DNA of 64,000 nt from a virus, in the IMG/VR virus record IMGVR_UViG_3300043425_000861; one strand, given 5' to 3'. The notes under the pieces are model-generated. The model searched no databases and was not told the origin of the DNA. It saw only the letters and a list, made by a program, of their open reading frames with translations. The translations under genes were made by a program, and so were the position numbers. Positions 10,815 through 20,939 of the stretch are shown here, piece by piece; the first letter of the stretch is position 1, and each line of letters begins with the position of its first letter.

Positions 10815-11213
10815 TTAAAATTTGTATTTAATTTCTTCATTTATTAATCTTAAACCCTTCGACTCCAACTTCTCAGTGATACTATCAATGTCCTCACCGA
10901 AATGAAAAGAAACTCTTTCAGGTCTTTCTTCTGAATGTATATCAAAAGGTTCCCATCCTAAAGCAACAATTCCATCTACGGCATCTATCATTCCAAAGTA
11001 ATCTGAATTTTGAACCAAATCTAATTCTAATTCTGAGTTTTTTAATAAACCCACTAAATTAATTTGTTCTAATTCAGGTGGAATTGCTCTACCCGAAGAT
11101 GGAATTATAAACCATTCATCCATTAATACATCAATATCGTTACCGAATATAAATTCGTATTGTCGTTGACCTTTATAGTCTCGTCCTAACTCATTGATGT
11201 ATAAAAGAAACAT
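10815..11213 (-). CDS. Hypothetical protein
   Basis: 132-aa ORF abutting both neighbours. Confidence 0.75.
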   Translation of the reverse strand: MFLLYINELGRDYKGQRQYEFIFGNDIDVLMDEWFIIPSSGRAIPPELEQINLVGLLKNSELELDLVQNSDYFGMIDAVDGIVALGWEPFDIHSEERPERVSFHFGEDIDSITEKLESKGLRLINEEIKYKF

Positions 11214-12598
11214 TATTGTTCAAAGTGTTTTCTTAATGTTTCTTTAACACTATTATTAATCATATCGGTTAACTCATTGATATCGACTTCTTTAGTTACT
11301 ACTTCATCCATATCTCCATATTGTTGTCTATCAAAGTGAGCCAAATGTGCGTCATTATCAAAACCGCCCTCTGGTTCATTTTCCATTGATTTAGCCATTT
11401 CCAATTCTTTGTTGAATAAGTTTTCCAACTCTGACTCATCTCCCATTGGGTCTTCTTCTTTTAAATCAAAATTGAACATATCACCATATTCGTCATCACC
11501 AAAGATATCAGCATCACTATCGTAATTATCTGAATCCATTGAAGCTTGTCTAAAATACAAATCTTCTTCACTATCAGGTTCAACAAAATGTTTTGTTTTC
11601 TTTCTTACCTTTTCTTTTTCTAAATCAATATTTGAATCCAACGCATCGTGACGACCAACAGGACCCTCATCTTCAAACTCATCCTCATCATCAAATCCCA
11701 TTTCTTCAGGTTGTATTTGAGTGTCGAAATCATCGAAACCTTCGTCAAAACTCATATTAACTAAATTTTCTAACGCATCAATTCCATCCATTTCACCCAA
11801 TTCAGATTCATAACCTGCTTCAGGTGTCGGCATTTCAGAAGGTAATTCTTCACCACCTAATCCATCTTCACCTTCGAAATCTTCCTCATCTTCAAATTTA
11901 CTTAGAATTTCTTCTTTATCGTCCATTTCTAATTTATCTAAATTAACAGCAGATAAAACAGAATTGATAATGTACTTAATGTCATCACTTTCCAAATCAT
12001 CTTGGATATCTCTAATTTTTTGACCTAATTTACCTGTTAGCTTTTGAACGACTTTTAATTTATCGTCACCACCTTCTTCATCACCCATTTCAGGTTCTGC
12101 ACCCATTTCAGGTTCTGTACCCATTTCAGGTTCTGTACCCATTTCAGGAGCTGCACCCATATCAGGAGATGCTGGTGGTAATGCAGGAGGCATTTCGGCA
12201 GCAACCTCAGCAGGTGCTGGTGGTGCAACCTCAGCAGGTGCAGATTTACCAGTTTTTAAAACATATTTTGTTTCTTCTTGTAAATTATCTTGTCCTTTTA
12301 AAAGTTCTAATCTTTTAAGAGCTTCAGCGTATGAGGAGAATCTATTCTTATTCTTCATAAACATACCACCGATATAGTCTAACGAATTTTCGTTCAAACC
12401 TCTTTTTACGTAGTACCCATCTTTTTCTTTGACTACACCATATAAACCTGACTTTGTTGATTCAGATAGATATTCTGCAGATTTAGATGTTGCAACATTC
12501 TTATTATTGTTGTTGTTATAGTAGGTAAGCTCGAGAATTCTCTTTAATTTCTCATCTCCGCTTAATTTTTCACTACCGAGTGGTTTTATATCTCCCAT
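11213..12598 (-). CDS. Acidic hypothetical protein (probable virion protein)
   Basis: 461 aa, D/E-rich, with PEMG(T/A)E repeats; preceded by TATTTATA. Confidence 0.75.
   Translation of the reverse strand: MGDIKPLGSEKLSGDEKLKRILELTYYNNNNNKNVATSKSAEYLSESTKSGLYGVVKEKDGYYVKRGLNENSLDYIGGMFMKNKNRFSSYAEALKRLELLKGQDNLQEETKYVLKTGKSAPAEVAPPAPAEVAAEMPPALPPASPDMGAAPEMGTEPEMGTEPEMGAEPEMGDEEGGDDKLKVVQKLTGKLGQKIRDIQDDLESDDIKYIINSVLSAVNLDKLEMDDKEEILSKFEDEEDFEGEDGLGGEELPSEMPTPEAGYESELGEMDGIDALENLVNMSFDEGFDDFDTQIQPEEMGFDDEDEFEDEGPVGRHDALDSNIDLEKEKVRKKTKHFVEPDSEEDLYFRQASMDSDNYDSDADIFGDDEYGDMFNFDLKEEDPMGDESELENLFNKELEMAKSMENEPEGGFDNDAHLAHFDRQQYGDMDEVVTKEVDINELTDMINNSVKETLRKHFEQ
12083..12166 (-). repeat. 18-bp coding tandem repeat (PEMGTE/PEMGAE)
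   Basis: About 4.5 copies of acccatttcaggttctg(t/c). Confidence 0.85.
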
Positions 12599-12668
12599 TT
12601 TTAATATTATTAAATGAAATTATTCTTATCATATAAATACATAGATATATGAAAAAAAATATGGTTTA

Positions 12669-13460
12669 TTATTGTGCTACGGATAATTTCTTATTTTGAA
12701 TCCCCTTTTTGATACCCATTAATTTCTCAATGTATCCATTTCTCCTAAGTAATTTGAAGGTTAAATTTTCATAAGAATACTCCCCGCCCTTCTCGAGACC
12801 TGATTGTCTAAATTGTTTTAATTTGGTTTTTACATCATCAACGTCCTTTGAAACGTCTTTTCCTGATTCTGAGGATTTAACCAATGAATCTATTAATTCG
12901 GCATATTCTTGACCCTTTTCCATAATGGTGCGGTCATCAATGAACTCCTTACCCTTTTTAGGCTCAATTATCCATTTGTTATTTAATATTGAATAGACTC
13001 CCGTCGAGAGGTGTTTTTCATTTGAATCTTGAACATAAAGTTCAACATCATATCCTTTTATTTTTATATCGTGTTCCGAGTTCCAATTGTTTTTCTTTGA
13101 ATCAAAGAATTGTTTAATTATTTTCTTCATTGACGTCGAATCTTTTTTATTCGAGTCATTAAAATCATTGAAATCTACTAATACGTGTAAATCAACATCC
13201 GAATATTCAGACCAATTAAAATTTGATAATGAGCCTGTTAAATGAATATCATCAATAAAAAAATCAATACCGATGAATTCCACAAACTTATCCGCAATTT
13301 CTAATAATTTAGTTCTAATGTTATCCTTCATAATAAAAGAACCATTATCCTCCTCAAATATATCAGGGGATAACGATTCTTTAGAATAAAAAGACTTAAC
13401 TATCTTTTGGTCTAATTCACTATCTTCAAAAAGTTCATCAACCAAAGACTTATTTGTCAT
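12669..13460 (-). CDS. Pol-beta-superfamily nucleotidyltransferase
   Basis: hGS...DxD signature (LTGSLSNFNWSEYSDVDLH) plus a third acidic strand, VELYVQD. Confidence 0.75.
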   Translation of the reverse strand: MTNKSLVDELFEDSELDQKIVKSFYSKESLSPDIFEEDNGSFIMKDNIRTKLLEIADKFVEFIGIDFFIDDIHLTGSLSNFNWSEYSDVDLHVLVDFNDFNDSNKKDSTSMKKIIKQFFDSKKNNWNSEHDIKIKGYDVELYVQDSNEKHLSTGVYSILNNKWIIEPKKGKEFIDDRTIMEKGQEYAELIDSLVKSSESGKDVSKDVDDVKTKLKQFRQSGLEKGGEYSYENLTFKLLRRNGYIEKLMGIKKGIQNKKLSVAQ

Positions 13461-13702
13461 ACTAACCTCTTAAATTTATATTTGCCGTTTATGTTACTAT
13501 TCAAAAATTTACCTTGAGATTCAGACATTCTAAACTTAGTGAACTTGTCCCAAGGGAATTCATAGTATTCATAAATAGAACCATTATTAAATGTAATCGT
13601 TAAAGTTTCGGTTTCTGTATTAAAACCCGCACTTTTAAGATTACTTGAGTTGATTTCAACTAAGATGGTTTTACCATCAATTTTTTCACTTATAATACCC
13701 AT
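13457..13702 (-). CDS. KTSC-domain protein
   Basis: SSNLKSAGFN...LTITFNNGSIYEY...SESQGKFLN pattern. Confidence 0.85.
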   Translation of the reverse strand: MGIISEKIDGKTILVEINSSNLKSAGFNTETETLTITFNNGSIYEYYEFPWDKFTKFRMSESQGKFLNSNINGKYKFKRLV

Positions 13703-13778
13703 ATCTTATATTTTTTAGTATTATTAATATACGAAATTTTTAGTTAATAATCAAATACTATAATATAAATATCAAATA

Positions 13779-13803
13779 AAAAACCCCGATTACTCGGGGT
13801 TTC
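13779..13803 (-). terminator. Intrinsic terminator after hsp20
   Basis: AAAACCCCGA-TTAC-TCGGGGTTTT. Confidence 0.75.
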
Positions 13804-13806
13804 ATT

Positions 13807-14175
13807 TTAATTGAGGGAGATTAGACGTTCTATCGATTTTTTCTTATCTATCGGTAGGTTTAATTCGAGAATACCATTCTCAACTTTACCCACAATATCC
13901 TTCTCTTTTACATCGTCAGGGATATTATATGATTTGACGAAACTACTAGTGAAGTAGACACTATCGTCACTCTCCTCTTTCTCGAAGGAAATTTTAAGTA
14001 TTCCTTCCTTTGTAGAAATTTTTAAATCTTCCTTTGTTAAGCCAGGAACACTCATTAAAACTACGTATTCGGTTTCAGTTTTTCGAACGCGAGTTTCAGG
14101 ACTTTTTAGGTACTTTGATGTTTCGAATACACTTTCGAAACCTTGGAAAAACGGGTCTTTAAATAATGTTATCAT
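13807..14175 (-). CDS. Small heat-shock protein (Hsp20/alpha-crystallin)
   Basis: VPGLTKEDLKI...F.KSYNIPDDV...GKVENGILELNLP. Confidence 0.92.
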   Translation of the reverse strand: MITLFKDPFFQGFESVFETSKYLKSPETRVRKTETEYVVLMSVPGLTKEDLKISTKEGILKISFEKEESDDSVYFTSSFVKSYNIPDDVKEKDIVGKVENGILELNLPIDKKKSIERLISLN

Positions 14176-14217
14176 AGTATATTAAATTTTATTATACTAT
14201 AATCAATTTTTTTGCCA

Positions 14218-14267
14218 AATGTCTAAAACTGACATTTAGACATTAGTTAGACATTTTTTTAGACATT
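14218..14267. promoter_or_regulatory. TAGACATT repeat array (candidate operator) between divergent hsp20 and clpC
   Basis: TAGACATT at 14237, 14248 and 14260; CTGACATT at 14229; inverted copy AATGTCTA at 14218. Confidence 0.6.
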
Positions 14268-14301
14268 TTGTCCGCGATTTGTTTTTTTGAATGAAAAATG
14301 T

Positions 14302-14309
14302 TAAGTTTG
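14302..14309 (+). promoter_or_regulatory. Bacteroidota-type -7 promoter element for clpC
   Basis: TAAGTTTG (TAnnTTTG) with TTTG at 14278-14281, 20 bp upstream. Confidence 0.6.
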
Positions 14310-14332
14310 TATAAATACTAAATCATACACAT

Positions 14333-16354
14333 ATGTCGGTAGACTTTTTAGAAGACGGAGGTGCTAAACCTAATCAAAAAAATAGAAGAGGAACTTCTAC
14401 AACACCAATACTTGATAATTTTTCAAGAGACTTAATTAAACTCGCCGAAGAAGGAAAGATTGACCCTGTTGTAGGAAGAGATAACGAAGTAAAAAGAATT
14501 TCACAAATTCTTTCTCGTAAAAAAAAGAATAACGTAGTAATTGTGGGTGATGCGGGTGTTGGTAAATCTGCACTCGTTGAAAAACTTGCAATACAAATTC
14601 ACAAAGGTAATTGTCCTAGTAATTTGTTAGATAAAAGATTAGTCTCTTTAGATTTAACTTCACTCGTTGCCGGTACAAAATACAGAGGTCAATTTGAAGA
14701 AAGAATTAAAGCAATTTTGAATGAACTTCAAGAAAACCCTAACGTAATTGTATTCATTGATGAATTACATACAATGGTAGGTGCGGGTAACGCTAGCGGT
14801 GCTATGGATGCCGCCAATATCTTAAAACCGGCATTGGCTCGAGGTGAAATGCAATGTATCGGTGCAACAACATTTGATGAATTTAAAAAACATATTGAAA
14901 AAGATTCTGCGTTGGTTAGAAGATTTCAAAAAATTATCTTGAAAGAACCAACACAATCTGAAACGATTGAAATATTGAAGAACTTAAAGTCTTCATATGA
15001 AGAATTTCATAAAGTTGAATATCAAGATAATGTTGTTGAAACAATAACAACTTTAGCATTAAGATATATTACTGATAGACAATTTCCTGATAAGGCGATT
15101 GATATTTTAGATGAGTTAGGTTCAGACAAAAAAATCTCAGGTAAAATTCCTGAAATAATTGAAACCCTTAAGAAAGACGCCGAAGAGATAAAAGAAAAAA
15201 AGGTTCAAGTAGTTAAAAATCAAAATTACGAGCAAGCTGCTAAATTGAGAGATGAGGAAAGAAAGATATTAAAGAAGCTTGACGACGAAAAAGAAAAATG
15301 GACCTTAAAACAAAAAGAAAATAAAACTCCCGTAACCGTTGAGGATGTTTATGAAATTGTATCTAATATGACGGGAGTACCAATTAGTAAATTGGATTCC
15401 AAAGAAACTGAAAAGTTATTAAAATTAGAAAATATATTATCATCTAAAGTTATTGGTCAAGATGATGCTATTAGAACAATCTCAAAAGCAATAAGAAGAA
15501 ACCGTGTTGGTATTAAAGATACTAATAAACCGATTGGTTCATTTATTTTCTTAGGTTCTACAGGTGTTGGTAAAACATTTTTAGCAAAGTCATTGGCTGA
15601 AACATTATTCGGTGACCCTAATAAAATAATTAGGGTTGATATGAGTGAATTTATGGAGAAACACAATGTTTCAAGATTAATTGGTTCTCCTCCGGGTTAT
15701 GTTGGTTATGATGAAGGAGGTCAACTAACAGAAAAAGTAAAAAACAATCCGTTCTCTGTAATATTATTTGATGAGATTGAGAAAGCACATAAAGATGTAT
15801 TCAATATCTTATTACAAATACTTGACGAAGGTCACTTGACAGATTCCTTCGGAAGAAAGGTAAACTTCACCAATACGTTGATTATTATGACATCAAACGT
15901 AGGTGCTAAAAAGGTTATGGATTTTGGTGATGGTATGGGTTTTGCAACTAACAGTAAAGAAATTCAAAAGGAGGAGGTTAAAAAATCAATAATCCAAAAA
16001 GCATTAAAACAACAATTCAATCCTGAGTTTTTAAATCGTATTGATGATGTCATCACATTCAATCCACTAAATGATGATACACTGAAGAAAATCATTGATA
16101 TCGAATTGACAAGATTAAATGACCGATTGAAGGAGAAGAACTTTAAGATTACTTTTGATAAATCAGTAATTGCAAAAATTCACGAATTAAATTCTGAAGA
16201 AGAATATGGTGCAAGACCAATTAAAAGAATAATTCAAAATCTATGTGAAGATTTTTTAAGTGAGGAGATATTAAAAGGTAATATTGTTGAAAATATTGCT
16301 GTTACACTTAAATTTAAAGACGAAAAATTAACATTTACAAAAAAAATATTGTAA
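14333..16354 (+). CDS. clpC: ClpC-like Hsp100 AAA+ unfoldase lacking the N-terminal Clp-repeat domain
   Basis: Two AAA modules (GDAGVGKS/IDELH and GSTGVGKT/FDEIEKAH), a UVR-type M-domain (NQNYEQAAKLRD) and a ClpP-docking-type MGF loop. The first AAA module begins about 25 residues after the start. Confidence 0.92.
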   Translation: MSVDFLEDGGAKPNQKNRRGTSTTPILDNFSRDLIKLAEEGKIDPVVGRDNEVKRISQILSRKKKNNVVIVGDAGVGKSALVEKLAIQIHKGNCPSNLLDKRLVSLDLTSLVAGTKYRGQFEERIKAILNELQENPNVIVFIDELHTMVGAGNASGAMDAANILKPALARGEMQCIGATTFDEFKKHIEKDSALVRRFQKIILKEPTQSETIEILKNLKSSYEEFHKVEYQDNVVETITTLALRYITDRQFPDKAIDILDELGSDKKISGKIPEIIETLKKDAEEIKEKKVQVVKNQNYEQAAKLRDEERKILKKLDDEKEKWTLKQKENKTPVTVEDVYEIVSNMTGVPISKLDSKETEKLLKLENILSSKVIGQDDAIRTISKAIRRNRVGIKDTNKPIGSFIFLGSTGVGKTFLAKSLAETLFGDPNKIIRVDMSEFMEKHNVSRLIGSPPGYVGYDEGGQLTEKVKNNPFSVILFDEIEKAHKDVFNILLQILDEGHLTDSFGRKVNFTNTLIIMTSNVGAKKVMDFGDGMGFATNSKEIQKEEVKKSIIQKALKQQFNPEFLNRIDDVITFNPLNDDTLKKIIDIELTRLNDRLKEKNFKITFDKSVIAKIHELNSEEEYGARPIKRIIQNLCEDFLSEEILKGNIVENIAVTLKFKDEKLTFTKKIL

Positions 16355-16390
16355 ATAGTTGACTTTTTATGAGAATCATATATATTTATA

Positions 16391-16497
16391 TTCTCAAAGG
16401 TTCTCTTTGTCGATTACCTTTTCGTTTTTTTTCATAAGTAAGTGGGGTTGAACCCACCGAAAGACCTTAAAACCCCGACAGACTGTTGGGGTTTTTT
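16391..16497 (+). ncRNA. Candidate small RNA (or structured clpC 3' UTR) ending in an intrinsic terminator
   Basis: TATTTATA at 16383, outer AAGGT/ACCTT pairing, GTGGG-GTTGAA-CCCAC hairpin, and terminator AAAACCCCGAC-AGACT-GTTGGGGTTTTTT. Confidence 0.4.
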
Positions 16498-16547
16498 ATT
16501 TCCAAATATTTTGTTTTATTGATTAAATTATGTATATTTACAATAGT

Positions 16548-16733
16548 ATGAAAAAATATATATTAATCTTCGGTATTTTTGCCTCTTTGGCATTAACTGC
16601 CTGTGGTAGCGGGTCAACCACAAATGAAACAACTGACTCAACTGCGACTCAAGTTGATACAACTGCAGTAACTGCAACTGACTCAACAACAAGTCAGATT
16701 CCAACTGACAGCACTTCAACTGAAGTAAAATAA
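16548..16733 (+). CDS. Small Thr/Ser-rich lipoprotein
   Basis: Signal peptide with lipobox LTAC, a TDST-rich tail, and a terminator at about 16738-16770. Confidence 0.75.
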   Translation: MKKYILIFGIFASLALTACGSGSTTNETTDSTATQVDTTAVTATDSTTSQIPTDSTSTEVK

Positions 16734-16791
16734 GTTTGGAGAGGAGGGGATTCCCTCCTCCCTTCTTTTTAATCGTAACCTAATTTATTTT

Positions 16792-16944
16792 ATGAATCAG
16801 AAACGAAACAACACAATACTATTTGTAATAAATTTATTGATGCTTATTTCTCTTTTTTTCGTTGTAGAACATTATAGAAAAGAGGTTTATTCTTTAAAAC
16901 AACAAATAGATTATTTGGAGAAAATAGTTATTAACAAAAGATAA
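16792..16944 (+). CDS. Small membrane protein (50 aa, not in ORF track)
   Basis: MNQKRNNTILFVINLLMLISLFFVVEHYRKEVYSLKQQIDYLEKIVINKR: one TM segment followed by a coiled coil. Confidence 0.55.
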   Translation: MNQKRNNTILFVINLLMLISLFFVVEHYRKEVYSLKQQIDYLEKIVINKR

Positions 16945-17005
16945 AAATATTTTTTTTTGTTAAAGGTTTTTACTTATTTTGTACTTCTAACCAAACACTA
17001 TTTAA

Positions 17006-17353
17006 ATGTCAAACTACACACCTAAACCTCCGAGAAAAAGAAGTTCCCAACCCGATATTGTATTAAACATAGAGGGTAGTTTTAACGATTTTACCGATTT
17101 TTACGACGGTAATAAAGAAGTCATTTACAAAAACATTTTAGATTTATTTGAGGCGTTAAAAACCACCAAAAAGAAAAAACTAACTTTATCCGTGGTTGCT
17201 AAAATTAGGGGATTAGAGTGGGATACAGATTTCACCTTTTCCAAAGATGATAAAGAAACCCTACTTAGAGATGTGATGCCGTATTTTGAACAGGTTGAGG
17301 ATTATGAAGTCTGTTCAAAAATAATAAAGTTACACAAGGACTTGACTATTTGA
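17006..17353 (+). CDS. Hypothetical protein with C-terminal UVR-like motif
   Basis: C-terminal FEQVEDYEVCSKIIKL. Confidence 0.7.
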   Translation: MSNYTPKPPRKRSSQPDIVLNIEGSFNDFTDFYDGNKEVIYKNILDLFEALKTTKKKKLTLSVVAKIRGLEWDTDFTFSKDDKETLLRDVMPYFEQVEDYEVCSKIIKLHKDLTI

Positions 17354-17695
17354 AAATAATGGTTTAAATTTTATTAGTATCGTTAAGAGATACGTTTAGT
17401 TTTTTTGTCAATGAACCCCTGATGTTTCTACATTGGGGGTTTTTTATTTTTAAAAAATTTAATTGTATTTTATAAAGAACTTCTTGTTATAATCCTATTA
17501 TTCTCGGTATTCTAATATTTTTGTTGTATTTTTCTCATACTTATATTAAAAAAATACAATATGTTAAACTTAATTATCGGAATCTTTGTCTTATGTTCCT
17601 CTTTTGGAATCACTCTATCAAAAATAACATCGGATTATGGTGTCAAAAAAAATAGACAACATATAAAACCTTTAACTATAGACAAAGAAATAGTG

Positions 17696-19105
17696 TTATA
17701 ATATCATTCTACTACCAATCAAGAAATTACTCAAAAATGGTGAGCCCGGTGCAGTGTTACCACTTAATTTATAATTCACACTAAGGCCAAATCTTTTACT
17801 TATTTTATAATCAAAAGAAGAACCTAATAGGAATCCCATATGTCTATTTACAGTTGTTGTTTGAGCATCACTATTATATGATATAGGTGCAAACATAGTG
17901 AATATCTGTGGTGATATTGATAATTTTCTACTATATTGAAATGGTTTAGTCCAAAACGCAACAACTGATGTTGACATATTATGGTTAAACCTGTTATTTT
18001 CCTCACCCTTCAATAATAAATTAATAAGACCTAAATTGTAACCAAATACTCCTTTCTTTTGTGTTGGTTTAATCCACGTATATCCTAATAAGTTCATATA
18101 GTTACCATTCAAATACGCAAATGCACTTGAGTAAGAATGTATCGCATTTAATTTACCATTTGAAAAATCCATCTTAGTATATCCACCACTAACTATAAAT
18201 GTTTTTAAATCACTCATAATCACCGTATTTGCTGAATAACTTTTATCACCCATTAACGAAGATTTGGACACACCTATCGTCATAGATTGTAACCATCTAC
18301 CATCAGGTGATTCTATCGTTGATAAATCTGAAGAAAGTAACATTGGATTAGATACTGCAGCTTTTTCTTTTTTCTTTTCTTCCTTCTTCTCCTCTTTCTT
18401 TTCTTCTTTTTTCTCTTCCGATTTACTTTCTTCTTTTTTCTCTTCTTTCGATTCTGATTTAGTTTCTTCTTTCTTTTCTTCACTCTTACTTTCGGATTTT
18501 GATTCACTCTTTGTTTCGGATTTAGTTTCGGTTTTTGTTTCCGTCTTACTTTCAGATGAACTACTCGAACTTTGTGATGAAGATGATGAAGAACTACCCC
18601 CACTTTGTGATGAACTACCACTAGCAGGTGGTGGAGTTGAACTACTTTGTGTTGGTGGAGGTGTTGTTGGTGGAGGTGTCGATGCCGCAGAACTTGCAGC
18701 GGCAGAACTCGCGGAACTACTTGCTGCTGAACTTGCAGATGACGATGCTGCAGAACTTGCCGCTGATGAAGCCGCGGACGATGCCGCTGCGGTTGCGGTG
18801 GCGGCTGCAGCATTTGTAACAGCCTGTTGTACTACAGGATTATTTATAACAGGACAAGTTAATGATTCATATGTGGTTTTTGTTGATAACAACCAACTCT
18901 GTACAACCCCCGTTTGAACTTCTAAAGGTGTAAACGTTCTTACTTGACTATAGAAAGATACAGTTGCATACCCATTAATCATAGTTGTGGTTGCTATCTT
19001 TTTTTCGCCAGTACATTTATCAACAAAACTCTGAGTATAGGTTTGACCAAAGAGTTTAATTGATGTTAGTGTCACAAATAAAATTAATAGGGTTATCTTT
19101 TTCAA
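17696..19105 (-). CDS. Secreted protein with Ser/Ala- and Glu/Lys-rich linker and probable C-terminal beta-barrel
   Basis: Signal peptide, SSAA and EEKK low-complexity repeats, and amphipathic strands in the C-terminal half. Confidence 0.7.
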   Translation of the reverse strand: MKKITLLILFVTLTSIKLFGQTYTQSFVDKCTGEKKIATTTMINGYATVSFYSQVRTFTPLEVQTGVVQSWLLSTKTTYESLTCPVINNPVVQQAVTNAAAATATAAASSAASSAASSAASSSASSAASSSASSAAASSAASTPPPTTPPPTQSSSTPPPASGSSSQSGGSSSSSSSQSSSSSSESKTETKTETKSETKSESKSESKSEEKKEETKSESKEEKKEESKSEEKKEEKKEEKKEEKKKEKAAVSNPMLLSSDLSTIESPDGRWLQSMTIGVSKSSLMGDKSYSANTVIMSDLKTFIVSGGYTKMDFSNGKLNAIHSYSSAFAYLNGNYMNLLGYTWIKPTQKKGVFGYNLGLINLLLKGEENNRFNHNMSTSVVAFWTKPFQYSRKLSISPQIFTMFAPISYNSDAQTTTVNRHMGFLLGSSFDYKISKRFGLSVNYKLSGNTAPGSPFLSNFLIGSRMIL

Positions 19106-19111
19106 CTATTT

Positions 19112-19864
19112 CTATTCTTGTTGTAATCGATTATTATAGTCATCAATACTAAATGGTGTGTACAATGAATATCTAACATTATCAGAATTATTTTTAGTTA
19201 CTTCGTGATAATAATTGTATTTCATATGGTCTAATAAAATAATTTTATTAAAATCAGGAACAAACTCTATAGTTTCATTTTCCTTATGCACTTTTAATAT
19301 TGAACCATCTTCATATGTTCTACCTTTATTTAAAAAAAATAAAATTGTAAAATATCTATTATTTGCCGTAGGACCATCGGTATGGTTCACAATAAATGAA
19401 TCTTTAGGATACACATTAAAATGACCAAATAAAACATCTTTGAATGTCACTTCTTTTTTAAATAAATCAGTTAATATAAATCTAAATGCTTTATCATATA
19501 ATTTAATAATTCTACTATTCATTAATTCATCATCTCTATGTGTTAATAAGAAATTAAAATAATCATAGTCAGTATGAAATAGATTTTTATCATTTACATT
19601 TAAACCAACCTCATCATTTATCTTTGCCAATAATTTAAAATCCTCATAATTTAAAGAATTACTTGTAACCATTTTCTCAAATTCTTCGGGATGTTTATTT
19701 TTCATAGCATCTTGTATTTTTTTAGACCATTGTAAAAATCCCAAAGATGAATTTATTTTACTCAAATCAATTTTAAAATCGGCAACCAATTCTGACAATT
19801 CATTGTATTCGTCAATTGTTAGAACGTCCTTCATTTCATATATTTTCAAATCAAAATCTAACAT
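19112..19864 (-). CDS. 2OG-Fe(II) oxygenase (prolyl-hydroxylase-like)
   Basis: HxD (HTD), distal His (YHEV) and the RxS 2OG-binding motif (RYS). Confidence 0.75.
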   Translation of the reverse strand: MLDFDLKIYEMKDVLTIDEYNELSELVADFKIDLSKINSSLGFLQWSKKIQDAMKNKHPEEFEKMVTSNSLNYEDFKLLAKINDEVGLNVNDKNLFHTDYDYFNFLLTHRDDELMNSRIIKLYDKAFRFILTDLFKKEVTFKDVLFGHFNVYPKDSFIVNHTDGPTANNRYFTILFFLNKGRTYEDGSILKVHKENETIEFVPDFNKIILLDHMKYNYYHEVTKNNSDNVRYSLYTPFSIDDYNNRLQQE

Positions 19865-19877
19865 AAAGTGTTTTTAT

Positions 19878-20699
19878 TTACTTGTTATTTAAACCAATTG
19901 ATATTTGATTAAAATTTCTTATCGGGTCCCTATCAACTCTCAACGTAAAAAATTTAAAATCTCTTATAATTCCAAATTTAAATGTTGTGAAATTTGAATT
20001 GGACTTAGGAAACGATATACCACCAAGAGCATCTCTTCCTTGATATCTAATCACTTCATTACCAAATCCAATCATTCCGTGAACACCCATTTTACGAAAC
20101 CTTTTACCTCCACCTAAATAAAATGTACCCTGTTTAATAAAATCATTATTACTTAGTGGAAAATCTACTTCATTAATTCTACCGTATGGGTAATATTGGT
20201 TTTGGTCAATATCATATGACATTGTATAATCTAATATCAAATAACCTTTCTTTTTTCCTGCAATACCCCAAAATGACACTTGTTTATTATTTGTATAACC
20301 AACACCAAATGAAGTATAAACCGATTCACGTCTAATAGTATCTCTTTTACCATTTTCATATACGTGAATTACACTTCTTTGTCTCCACCCAAAGTCATCG
20401 TACCAAATGTAAGGAAATGGTTGATACCAACCCCAATTTCCCCAATAGTACCCAAATTGGTTAGGTCTTCCCCAATTTTGAATTCTAACTCTACCACGAG
20501 GGTCTGGTTGTGATGGTCGCGGTGATTCATTTCTCCATCTACTAACATCATTTCTTTGAGGAACTGATGGTTGTACTCTTGGTGTCTCAACTCTTTGTTG
20601 AGGGGGATTATTTCTCCAAGAACTAACTTGTGAAAATGATAATGTTGTTACAGATAATAATAGGATTACTAAACCTGTGATTAATGAATTTTTTCTCAT
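19878..20699 (-). CDS. Secreted protein, probable outer-membrane beta-barrel
   Basis: Signal peptide, P/R-rich then W/Y/G-rich segment, and beta-strand-patterned C-terminus. Confidence 0.65.
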   Translation of the reverse strand: MRKNSLITGLVILLLSVTTLSFSQVSSWRNNPPQQRVETPRVQPSVPQRNDVSRWRNESPRPSQPDPRGRVRIQNWGRPNQFGYYWGNWGWYQPFPYIWYDDFGWRQRSVIHVYENGKRDTIRRESVYTSFGVGYTNNKQVSFWGIAGKKKGYLILDYTMSYDIDQNQYYPYGRINEVDFPLSNNDFIKQGTFYLGGGKRFRKMGVHGMIGFGNEVIRYQGRDALGGISFPKSNSNFTTFKFGIIRDFKFFTLRVDRDPIRNFNQISIGLNNK

Positions 20700-20875
20700 A
20701 TACTTTTAGTTAAAATTGTGGTTAATAAATAACCTGTTATTATTGGTGCTGGAGTGAAAATTAAAAAGAAGAATAAAAGTCTCCAAATTAACGGGTCAAT
20801 GTTAGTATGATGACCTAATCCCTCACAAACTCCAAAAAACACTTTATTGTCTCTAACTCTATAAAACTTTTTCAT
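20696..20875 (-). CDS. PspC-domain membrane protein (59 aa, not in ORF track)
   Basis: Manual translation MKKFYRVRDNKVFFGVCEGLGHHTNIDPLIWRLLFFFLIFTPAPIITGYLL fits the PspC consensus; TATTTATA lies 4 nt upstream. Confidence 0.85.
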   Translation of the reverse strand: MKKFYRVRDNKVFFGVCEGLGHHTNIDPLIWRLLFFFLIFTPAPIITGYLLTTILTKSI

Positions 20876-20939
20876 ATCTTATAAATATAAAAAAAGGGGT
20901 CTTTAAACCCCTTCATTTTAAAATATGTCTTTTTTTGTG

